Below are positions 28,931-37,677 of a stretch of DNA of 39,239 nt, piece by piece. Source of the DNA: an uncultured Bacteroidota bacterium. GTDB taxonomy: Bacteria > Bacteroidota > Bacteroidia > Chitinophagales > Saprospiraceae. The stretch lies in contig CALGAA010000390.1 of NCBI GenBank assembly GCA_937952445.1, positions 1 to 39,239 on the forward strand. The letters run 5' to 3'. Below the pieces are notes generated by a model. That model saw only the letters and a program-made list of their open reading frames with translations, had not been told where the DNA came from and did not search any database. A program made the position numbers and the translations under genes. The number at the start of each line of letters is the position of its first letter. Within the stretch, counting starts at the first letter, position 1.

Positions 28931-31900
28931 TCAAATTTTTCGCTGAAAAACGACTTCAGGAAGAATAATTTTGATTTCTTGCTGAGTAGTGATTGGCCAA
29001 TAGACAATATGGTTGACCCTGGCCCGAACGGGCTCAAAGTGATCCTGACTCAAACTGTAAATTCGTTCTCTGAAATTAGTAGAAAAGTACAAGATTGAAC
29101 GCCGGCTTACATCCAGGCATCCTTCTGCGTAAACAAGTAGTTCGTCCCCGCTGACTATATCGGCAATCAACTCCTGTTTGCTTTCAAAACTGCCCAATCT
29201 TACATCCCGGTGGGTCAATTGAAGAATGATTTCTTCGGGTGGGTCATAATCCTGATGATCAGAGAACCTGGAAGTGTTTTCAGTCAGTAAGTCATCCATG
29301 AATCCTGAATTTAAATGGATACTCAGGTTCTTTTTTGCTCGCGACATGCCCACATAAATCAATCGTTTTTGTTCGTCATTTGTGGGATAGTAATTCTCGA
29401 GCATCATAAAGACGTTTTCAAATTCTTTGCCCTTGGCTTTGTGGATCGTGGATACGTATATCGTGTCCTGATCTGATCCATATAAATCTTCCAATCGCGA
29501 CTCCCGGATGAAAATCTCCAGATCTGTTTTATATTTTTTGCGTGGATGGGTCAGATTAAAATCCTGTAACAGATCCAGACACAACTCCAGTTTGGAGCTA
29601 TGACTAAATTGGTTTTTCAGATCATTGATCGCGGTATCCCAGGAATCCTGCTGGATCAAATATACCGAGTCGTTCCTCGTAACCAGTTCGATAAAATGTC
29701 TAAATTCCACCAGGTTGAATAAATTAAATTCAGTATTGGACTGGATGAGTTTAGCCCGTTTCCCCAACTTGAGAAGCAATCCGGTAATCTGCGCTGCTTG
29801 ATCATTGGTCGTCGTCAAAATTGCAGTGGATCCGGTCCATTCCAATTCCATTATTTCACTGACCAAAGGTTTGATCAGGTTGTTTTTGGAATATCGGGTT
29901 ACCCTTATTTGTCCATAATCGGGTTGGTGCGCATAAATGTCTGTGGTTTTCAATCTCCTTTCGATCTGCCGGGCAAAGTGATTCGTTAATTCAACCAGGT
30001 TTTTCTTACTTCGGTAATTTTCCACCAGTTCGTACCGGGTCGCCTTCTTTTCAAAAAGCAAATTTTCCAAATGTTCGGAACTCGACCCTCTGAATTCATA
30101 TATGTTTTGGTCATCGTCTCCCACTGCAATGACCCTCATATCGATATTGTATTTCATCAGGATTTTGATGAGCTTATACTCATCTTCATCCATATCCTGG
30201 GCTTCATCGATGACCAATACCATTTTGGTAATCCGGTTCAATTCAACTTTTTTTTGTTCGATCCACTCGATGGCTTCTCGAATAACCTGACCTGATTTTT
30301 CCAAACTTCCCACCCTTCCCATCAAATCAAAACAATAGGAATGAAAGGTTTTGATTTCGATAAAATGGGCTGCATTGCCGATAAGCCCGATCAGCCTTTT
30401 CTTGAATTCTGTTACAGCTGCTCTGGAAAAAGTGAGCATGAGCATTTGTTCGTGCTTGATATCCTCCATAGCATACAGAGAGGCCAGCTTATGAACGAGA
30501 AGCTTGGTTTTGCCGCTTCCTGGTCCCGCAAGGACGACTATATACTGCGAGTTAAAATCCCTGATTATTTTTAACTGGGTGGGCGATAGCTGCCCAAAAA
30601 GTTGATTGAACTTGGATTGGTTGATCTTCATTTTGAGATTCTCCAGTTTGCTGCCCGGAAAATATTTCTTTAAAAAATCCCTTTCTTCCAATTGAAAATA
30701 ATCCTCTACAAATCGAAGTGCCTCCTCGTAGTCGGATAGCATTTTTTGGGCATATTCACCGACGATGTGGATTTGTTGGACTTTGTTTTGATAGAACTGG
30801 TCCAACTTTTTGTAATCATCCTGCGTGTATTGTTTACGGTTGTTTTGCTCCAATCGTTCGATGTACAAACGATTGTATGTTACCATAAACCCACCTTCGA
30901 TCTTAATCGCATCAATTTTGGATAAGTAATACAAGGCATCCTCCACATCCTGGAGCGATATGTCGCCCTTGAAAGCCGTGATGGATTCGTTGAAACTATT
31001 TTTCAGTTCCAGCACTGAAAACTCAACGAATACTTCTTTCTGTCCCGGTTGCTGATTTTCTGTTCTCGCCAGACACCTTCCCACCAATAGATCTGAGATG
31101 AATGCGGACAGTTCATGTCTTTTTTGTAAGGCATGAACGATGTTCAAATGCTTCGCTGGGCGAAAAATTGCCGTATATCCCCCATTTGAATTTCGTTTTA
31201 GCTGGACCCAGTTTTGGATGGACCAAAATCGAAGGATGGTCATGATTTTTGCGGTAGTTACGGATTCACATCCTGCTTTTTCAGCATATTCATTCAATTC
31301 CTTAATATCATAAGCCCTGGGGTCATCCCGGTCAAATAAAGGATAAAGGGATCGCTCAATACGGCTAAATTCTTTTGCGATTTGAGAAGAGGTGGCCGAT
31401 CCGCTTGTTTTGACAAAAGCGGTCAGATCTTTCGCGTCTGCCAGGATTTTTTCTTCCCGAAGCAAATTGACAATCGTGATCACCTCCCGTTGACTGATGG
31501 CCAGGTGATCGCTGATGTAATCTATTCTGGACTCTGCTTCTTCATCACCAGGACGGTACTTGTTTTTGGAGGAGAAAAGCTTGCGAACGATGCGGATCGC
31601 CTGGGTTTTTTGTTTTTCATCAAACCGGGAAGAGGTGTTAATCAGGTCGATGGCATCCTGAGCTTTGTGGTAGCGGAGGCTATTGGCAAAAATACGGGGC
31701 ATATTCTGACCCCGGCGGATGTATCCAGCATCCTCAAGAGCTGCAATCGCAGAAGTCACCCGGGTCTCCAATTCCAGGACGCTGTCATCCCATCCGGCCC
31801 TCCGCGCAATTTCCAATGCAGAGTTGGAAACCGAGGATCGAAATTTTGTAATCCCTATGATGGCTTTCCAAATCTGCTTGATTTCCCGAATGGATATTTT

Positions 31901-33751
31901 GGACTGGTTGAGTAAAATAAAATGTTTACTGAGGTCTTCTTCGTTGTAAAGCACGTAGCAATCGGCCAAAATATTCTCATCCCGACCCGCCCGTCCGGCC
32001 TCCTGGATGTAATTTTCCAGGGAATCAGAGATGTTGTAATGAATGACCAACCCCACGTCTTTTTTATCCACGCCCATGCCAAATGCAGAAGTGGCTACCA
32101 TGATTTGAATTTCCCCCTCGATAAATGCATTTTGATTTTTGGTTTTTTCCCGGGCATCCATTTTCCCATGGAACGGTTTGGCATTAAATCCTTCTTCACC
32201 AAGTCGTTGGGCCAGTTCGGTAGCTTTTCGGGTCCTGGAAACATAGACGATCGTAGGGCAGGAATGGGTTTCGATCAAATCCCTCAAAGCCGTATACCTT
32301 TCTTCCTCTGTTTTAACTTTTTTGACGGTGTAATGCAGGTTGGTACGGGATGTACCTGAAGCGAACACCTCCAGGTTGAGAGCCAATTTCTCCTGAAAGT
32401 ATTCACGGATATCCTGAATGACTTTTTGTTTTGCCGTCGCTGTAAAACATGAAATGGGAATCGGTTCCCAGAGGTTTTTCTTTTCCTGAACCGATTTTAT
32501 AAAATCCCCGATGTATAAGTAATCCACCCTGAAATCCTGCCCCCATGCTGAGAAACAATGTGCTTCGTCAATGACGAACCGTGCTATTTTTCTCTGGAGG
32601 ATAAGCCGTTCAATGGTTCGGGAACGTAAAGACTCAGGAGAAATATACAAAATGGCGGCTGATCCGTCCTGGACCCGTTCAATGGCATTTGCCCGTTCGA
32701 TTGGATCCAGCAAACCATTTATAGTGACGGCCTGGGTGATTCCCATTTTCTCGAGGTTGTCCACCTGGTCCTTCATCAAGGATTGCAGGGGTGAAATGAC
32801 GACGGTCAGCCCATTGACACTTTCACCACTGATCAAGGCCGGAAGCTGAAAAGTGATCGATTTACCTCCTCCGGTGGGAAATATCGTGAGAATGGATCGA
32901 TGATTAACGGCTGCTCTCACGGCTTCTTCCTGAAGTGATTCGCCGTCAAATGTGCGAAAAGAATCAAAATGGAAAAACCGGTGTAGCCCCCTGTGAATAT
33001 CCAGTTCCATATGACAATACGTGCAATCCTTTTCGCACGGAAGATTTCTCAACCGGGTCATTAGAGGTTCAACGCCCGGGTATTGTTTGAGAACCCATGG
33101 TGGCGTGATCGAATGCGTTTCACCGTGGTCAATAAAGGCATTGATAAGAGCCAGGCAATACGCCAGTTCAACGGGAAAGTCCAGGATAATTTCGGATATA
33201 GCCAGGTTCTGACAAATACGGTTGCCAAATTTTTTCCGGATGAGAGCTGGAAGATCCGTCCGGTCGGGTCGGAATTGGATGAATCGGAAAAAAGCACTGA
33301 ATTTCTTTTGCCTGTGGAGCAGCAGGTAATATATATGGCGGAGCGTCGGATCGAGTTGATTAAATGCCTCAATTTCATCATAAAACAAATCCCGGGCTTT
33401 GAGGGCGTCGTTCAGCGGATTATTTAATTCATCCGTTTGAAGCTTGTCGTCCTTGAGCAAGGCATGATATGGCCGGGCTGGAAAAAGTAACGGGGAAAGA
33501 GGTAGTGTGTCAATGATATAGGTGGGCCCTATACCCGCGTTGGTGATGGCCTCCCCGATATAGGTCAGGTCAAAATCAAAAATATTGTGCCCGGCAACAA
33601 ATCGAGTCCGTTTTAGAAATTCGATCAATCGCTTCTGGTCGGTGCTACGGAAATGGTTTCCATCTTCCCTGACACAACCAAGGTCCAGGATTTTCCTGTT
33701 CTCTGAGTTTGTTTCGATATCCAGAAATGCGATGGTATTATTGTTCCGCAT
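28931..33751 (-). CDS. DEDD-like exonuclease + RecQ (SF2) helicase + UvrD-like (SF1A) helicase fusion
   Basis: Exonuclease: LDIET, GHNIFDFD, IDTL. Linker: CEKDCTYC. RecQ: PTGGGKS, SPLQSLMKDQ, DEAHC..WGQDFR, TATA, ATSAFGMG, QEAGRAGRD. UvrD: AGPGSGKT, TFHS, DEAQD, VGDDDQNIY, ENYRS, TIHKAKGKEF, YVGMSRAK. Start is 33751 (ATG) or 33775 (TTG). Confidence 0.9.
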   Translation of the reverse strand: MRNNNTIAFLDIETNSENRKILDLGCVREDGNHFRSTDQKRLIEFLKRTRFVAGHNIFDFDLTYIGEAITNAGIGPTYIIDTLPLSPLLFPARPYHALLKDDKLQTDELNNPLNDALKARDLFYDEIEAFNQLDPTLRHIYYLLLHRQKKFSAFFRFIQFRPDRTDLPALIRKKFGNRICQNLAISEIILDFPVELAYCLALINAFIDHGETHSITPPWVLKQYPGVEPLMTRLRNLPCEKDCTYCHMELDIHRGLHRFFHFDSFRTFDGESLQEEAVRAAVNHRSILTIFPTGGGKSITFQLPALISGESVNGLTVVISPLQSLMKDQVDNLEKMGITQAVTINGLLDPIERANAIERVQDGSAAILYISPESLRSRTIERLILQRKIARFVIDEAHCFSAWGQDFRVDYLYIGDFIKSVQEKKNLWEPIPISCFTATAKQKVIQDIREYFQEKLALNLEVFASGTSRTNLHYTVKKVKTEEERYTALRDLIETHSCPTIVYVSRTRKATELAQRLGEEGFNAKPFHGKMDAREKTKNQNAFIEGEIQIMVATSAFGMGVDKKDVGLVIHYNISDSLENYIQEAGRAGRDENILADCYVLYNEEDLSKHFILLNQSKISIREIKQIWKAIIGITKFRSSVSNSALEIARRAGWDDSVLELETRVTSAIAALEDAGYIRRGQNMPRIFANSLRYHKAQDAIDLINTSSRFDEKQKTQAIRIVRKLFSSKNKYRPGDEEAESRIDYISDHLAISQREVITIVNLLREEKILADAKDLTAFVKTSGSATSSQIAKEFSRIERSLYPLFDRDDPRAYDIKELNEYAEKAGCESVTTAKIMTILRFWSIQNWVQLKRNSNGGYTAIFRPAKHLNIVHALQKRHELSAFISDLLVGRCLARTENQQPGQKEVFVEFSVLELKNSFNESITAFKGDISLQDVEDALYYLSKIDAIKIEGGFMVTYNRLYIERLEQNNRKQYTQDDYKKLDQFYQNKVQQIHIVGEYAQKMLSDYEEALRFVEDYFQLEERDFLKKYFPGSKLENLKMKINQSKFNQLFGQLSPTQLKIIRDFNSQYIVVLAGPGSGKTKLLVHKLASLYAMEDIKHEQMLMLTFSRAAVTEFKKRLIGLIGNAAHFIEIKTFHSYCFDLMGRVGSLEKSGQVIREAIEWIEQKKVELNRITKMVLVIDEAQDMDEDEYKLIKILMKYNIDMRVIAVGDDDQNIYEFRGSSSEHLENLLFEKKATRYELVENYRSKKNLVELTNHFARQIERRLKTTDIYAHQPDYGQIRVTRYSKNNLIKPLVSEIMELEWTGSTAILTTTNDQAAQITGLLLKLGKRAKLIQSNTEFNLFNLVEFRHFIELVTRNDSVYLIQQDSWDTAINDLKNQFSHSSKLELCLDLLQDFNLTHPRKKYKTDLEIFIRESRLEDLYGSDQDTIYVSTIHKAKGKEFENVFMMLENYYPTNDEQKRLIYVGMSRAKKNLSIHLNSGFMDDLLTENTSRFSDHQDYDPPEEIILQLTHRDVRLGSFESKQELIADIVSGDELLVYAEGCLDVSRRSILYFSTNFRERIYSLSQDHFEPVRARVNHIVYWPITTQQEIKIILPEVVFQRKI

Positions 33752-33937
33752 GAAAGCCACTTTATCCGGGGTCAAATGAGCAGTTATGTCGTTTATGGTA
33801 CTAATCTAACTAAATTCTGCAACGCATAAGGTAACGTAACGACTTGAAACGACCTCTGTTGGGGTAATTTCTCAGTACTTCTGCACTTGCATTTTCATAA
33901 AAGACAAGCAGTGTTAATGTTTTGTTTTTAAACAGTC

Positions 33938-34103
33938 TTGTTCACCAAATCATAAATTCCTATGGGTATTTCTTCATCTTTTTTGCCAGTTCATCATCAC
34001 CATAAGCCCTACGTAGGCCCCACTATGCGCGGTTATGTTTCTTCGATCTGACAAAAAAAATATTTTGAAATACCACGATAGGAACTTAAAATTCGGTGAA
34101 CTA
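33938..34103 (-). repeat. Self-complementary intergenic repeat, copy B (166 bp)
   Basis: Terminal IRs TTGTTCACCAAATCATAAATTCCTAT / TAGTTCACCGAATTTTAAGTTCCTAT (21/26). The core (TTCATCATC, CGCGGTT, TTCTTCGAT, GACAAAAAA, GAACTTAA) is collinear with copy A. Confidence 0.75.
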
Positions 34104-34271
34104 GTTTGCCTGGCATTAAGTTCGTGATGCTTATGACGAGATTGTTATTTGTCATATCGAAGAAGATAAACCATGTATAGCCTTTGCTATATTACGCTTC
34201 AGATGATGAAGCCAGGGCGAAAAAGTATCCGTCAATAGTGTCAGGAAATCAGTACTAAATGCCAGAGTTTA
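34102..34271 (+). repeat. Self-complementary intergenic repeat, copy C (~170 bp), inverted relative to B
   Basis: Closest to copy A. Central hairpin TATAGC-CTTT-GCTATA (34176-34191); shares TA 34102-34103 with copy B. Confidence 0.8.
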
Positions 34272-34411
34272 TGGACCATGCAAGAAATTGGATTTGGAAA
34301 ATCGCAAATCGCCGAGCTGGAGGAAGAAAGATGAATTCTGATATTGGAGTCCAATATTATGCATGCCTGGTTCAGATTAAGGGAGGCTTGAGGAACCAAT
34401 CATGGAAGGTT

Positions 34412-34448
34412 TAAAAGCATAAGCCCCCCCCGTCATGAGAGGGCTTAT
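34412..34448 (-). terminator. Putative terminator downstream of the PUL
   Basis: On the minus strand, an ATAAGCCCTCTC-ATGAC-GGGGGGGCTTAT-like stem followed by GCTTTT. Confidence 0.5.
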
Positions 34449-34672
34449 AATATTCCGGTGCTCTCAACTCTGAAGCAGTAGATATCTTCTATGTTCCGGG
34501 TTTCCTTTATGCGGCACAGACGTGGTCATCGAAGGTCCAGATAAGTGGACCTTGAGGTCCGTTTTATTGAACCTATTTTGCAGCAATGTTCGACCCTATA
34601 CTGGGATGCGCATCACCCAAATCCTTTTCTGGTTTTTTGCTTTCAAATGTAACCATGAGGAATTGATATTCT

Positions 34673-35869
34673 TTATGGCTCCATTTTTACCGGATTATAG
34701 GTTTCCAGTACAACAGCCCGGTCCCTGGATACCAACGTTTCTGTAGCCTCATAGGTGAAATTTCCATCGGATACCGTATAATTCATTACAATTCCATTTC
34801 TTGGTTTATTCCCCCATTCGAATGCACCGTTCTTGTATTCTACGGTGCCTGTGATGGTATAGGGAGACCCCTCAGCTTGTTGGACAATACCTTGTTCTCC
34901 TTCAAAAGTCAGGATCATATCGATCGTGCCTGAAAGTGTATCCGATCGCATGTTGGTGGAAAATTTTACGGAATTCCTACCTGTAGTGACCAGTCGGGAT
35001 ACGCTATTGTTCACGACGAATTCTTCCGAGTATGCGTTTTCTTCGATCACATTTCCGGATTCGTCAGAAATCGAGTTGCTTCCATAATGAAAGTAATTAC
35101 CGTCGTATTCATTGATGTATTTCACTGCGAACATGGTGAAATTTTTGGGAGCCACAATCCAATCTCCTGCCATTCGAGGATCCGCATCGGGATTGGAAGT
35201 GGAACCATTTAATATCGAATCCACGTCGTTGGAACTTTCGAGCCGGAGAGGGACCACATATTGAAGATTGATAGAATTGGGGTCCTGGAAAAAGGGCTCC
35301 GTTAATTGTACCTCCACACTCCCGTAGAATTTATCCCGGGGAATGACGATCTTATTATCCGAACTGAGGTTGAAATATTCCCTGGGTAGCATTCGGATGG
35401 TATCCCCATTTTGATCGAATAAGACATCCTCGCACAGACTTTCATCAATCCGGAAGGTGAATTCGCGGTCTTCTTTGTTTTCATACACCCCTCCCATCGC
35501 AACGGAAATGAGAAATTTGTGGTCATTGTCATTGGAGTTGTCGTAAATATAATCTCCAAGTATAATGGTACGTACCGGAAATTGATAGGGGAAATAAGCC
35601 GCTGTGTGGTCATAGTCCGGGTGATCGATCTCGAAATTTTGACAGGAGAAGAATAGGATGAGTGCGGTGAACGCTACAATCTGATTGGGCCAACTGCTTT
35701 TTTGCCAACCAGTTCCTTCCTTTGCCTGAGAGGCAGACTTCACCACCGAGAATCTCGCGTAAAACCCGCTTGATGTACCTCTTTGACCTGACTGAAAATA
35801 TTTTTTCGTACCCTTAACCAAATAGCTCATTCGTCGCACAAATGATGATAAAATATATAGGTGTTTCAT
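34673..35869 (-). CDS. PUL-associated lipoprotein (DUF1735/BT_3987-like + DUF5627-like)
   Basis: Directly downstream of susD. Lipobox FFSC; YFPYQFPVRTIILG, MGGVYEN, YVVPLRL and KNFTMFAVKYIN motifs. Confidence 0.75.
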   Translation of the reverse strand: MKHLYILSSFVRRMSYLVKGTKKYFQSGQRGTSSGFYARFSVVKSASQAKEGTGWQKSSWPNQIVAFTALILFFSCQNFEIDHPDYDHTAAYFPYQFPVRTIILGDYIYDNSNDNDHKFLISVAMGGVYENKEDREFTFRIDESLCEDVLFDQNGDTIRMLPREYFNLSSDNKIVIPRDKFYGSVEVQLTEPFFQDPNSINLQYVVPLRLESSNDVDSILNGSTSNPDADPRMAGDWIVAPKNFTMFAVKYINEYDGNYFHYGSNSISDESGNVIEENAYSEEFVVNNSVSRLVTTGRNSVKFSTNMRSDTLSGTIDMILTFEGEQGIVQQAEGSPYTITGTVEYKNGAFEWGNKPRNGIVMNYTVSDGNFTYEATETLVSRDRAVVLETYNPVKMEP

Positions 35870-35890
35870 GTTTGTATAGTTTGTCCGTTT

Positions 35891-37660
35891 TTAATTCCAT
35901 CCTTCATTTTGCACCAGATCAAACTTGATAACTTCCTTGTCCGGGATCGGACCATAGTGCATATATGAATTGTTGTAATTGCGTTGTTCTACATCAAAAT
36001 AATGGTATGTACCGTCTTTGATCTGTACACCGCGTGCCGGTTCTGTCAGGTCACTTTTCCATCTGCGCAAATCCCAAAACCGGAATCCCTCAAAGGATAA
36101 TTCGATTCGTCGCTCATTGCGGATCAGTTGCCTCATTTCATCCTGGCTTTTAATCTGATCCAGGTAAGTGTCGGGTTGTTCGATCCCCGCGCGTTTGCGA
36201 ATTGCCATGATCACCTCTTTGGCTGAATAAGCGTTTCCACCACCGTTTTGCGGTCCCCATGCTTCATTCGCAGCTTCGGCGTAATTCAGGAAAATTTCAG
36301 TGTAGCGAATATGGGTGTTGAAGTGCTTCTGATTGGATGGGGAGGAGGGATTCGCATTCACATCTTCCCGAAGTAATTTCTTGAGGTAATATCCTGTACG
36401 GGTCGAATTCTGCACTGCATCCACCCCATTAATTCCGTCATCGACCCCTGTCAGTATGGTCTCACCTTTCATTTTACTACCGTGGTAGACCACATAGAGA
36501 TCCAGACGGGGATCACGATTTTCGTATGGATTATTGGGATCAAAGCCGGATTCTTCCGATGAAATGGGAAAACCATTAGCCATGGGGAAAGCATCGACAA
36601 AGTTCTGGGTTGGATTGATCCGTCCATTGCCATATAACGAGGGTGGAAAATTGCTTTCTTCCCGTGATCGATTGGTGTAGATGGGTCTTCTCCACAGAAT
36701 TTCCTGAAGATCAAGCTTGTCTCCACCAGTAATATCTGCCTCGTCTACCTGTTCTTTAAGGTAAAACACATGACCTTTTTCGTCCAGTCCGGCGATGCCT
36801 CCGATGTCATCGAGTAGGGAAGCGGCAAGATTGGCGGCTTCAGCCCACCGATCGACATTTCCTTCAGGGTTGAATGCAGGGCTGGCGGCCAGAAGCGCAA
36901 GTCTTGATTTGATAGCCAATGCATGTCGACCACTCATACGCTGCTGGCTAAAATCACCGAACACGTCATTGTAATGGCTGACATCTATTATTTCACTGAA
37001 ATCAGGCGGTAACTCACTCAGACTTCCTGCGTTGCCATAATCCATGGGCAAAAAAGTCCGAGATAAATCAAGGTCTTCCATAGCACTTTGCACAAATTGA
37101 TCGAAAGGTGCGCGTGGGGTATAGAAATCCTCTTCCGAATCCAGAAATTCATTATAAATCGGTGCACCGAGTAGGTTTCCATCCGATCCCATACCTCCGT
37201 GATTCCTGGCCAGGAAATATTTAAACAGTCCCCGAAGGGCGTAAGATTCGCCTTTGAGCCTTCGGATGTAGGCATTGTTCAGGTTTTCGTTGGTCCATTT
37301 CCATGGGATGTCATCCACCACATCCAGGAAATGATTGATGTATAAAATGGCTTGATTGCAATTGTCCCATAGATTCTGCGGGTTGTATAATGCGGACCAT
37401 TCACCTGTGGCCATTCGCATGTATGAATTGAATTTGTCGTTGGACACCGCATCATCCGTGGCGACTTCGTCAAACCGATAATCATTGGTGGGAATAAGCG
37501 TATAAGCTCGGATCAATAAACCTTCTGCAAACGCCGGATCTTCGTATACCCGATCGATGGTGCTGTGGTTGTCGTTCTCCGGCTCGAGGATCGTACAACT
37601 TCCCACTACCATGAGTACGATTGACAGCGCAAAAAAGGTGTAAAATCTATTTTTTTTCAT
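35891..37660 (-). CDS. susD: SusD/RagB family outer-membrane glycan-binding lipoprotein
   Basis: Lipobox VGSC; GESYALRG, RDPRL, TGYYLKK, RYTEIFLNYAEA, NERRIELSFEGFRFWDLRRW and QNEGW. Confidence 0.95.
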   Translation of the reverse strand: MKKNRFYTFFALSIVLMVVGSCTILEPENDNHSTIDRVYEDPAFAEGLLIRAYTLIPTNDYRFDEVATDDAVSNDKFNSYMRMATGEWSALYNPQNLWDNCNQAILYINHFLDVVDDIPWKWTNENLNNAYIRRLKGESYALRGLFKYFLARNHGGMGSDGNLLGAPIYNEFLDSEEDFYTPRAPFDQFVQSAMEDLDLSRTFLPMDYGNAGSLSELPPDFSEIIDVSHYNDVFGDFSQQRMSGRHALAIKSRLALLAASPAFNPEGNVDRWAEAANLAASLLDDIGGIAGLDEKGHVFYLKEQVDEADITGGDKLDLQEILWRRPIYTNRSREESNFPPSLYGNGRINPTQNFVDAFPMANGFPISSEESGFDPNNPYENRDPRLDLYVVYHGSKMKGETILTGVDDGINGVDAVQNSTRTGYYLKKLLREDVNANPSSPSNQKHFNTHIRYTEIFLNYAEAANEAWGPQNGGGNAYSAKEVIMAIRKRAGIEQPDTYLDQIKSQDEMRQLIRNERRIELSFEGFRFWDLRRWKSDLTEPARGVQIKDGTYHYFDVEQRNYNNSYMHYGPIPDKEVIKFDLVQNEGWN

Positions 37661-37677
37661 GATGTATTTCCTTTGCG

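Noticed and set aside
34522-34746. 74-aa ORF and AAGGTCCA/TGGACCTT hairpin
   Set aside because: The ORF overlaps the lipoprotein 3' end antisense and lacks motifs; an isolated 8-bp stem is insufficient evidence.
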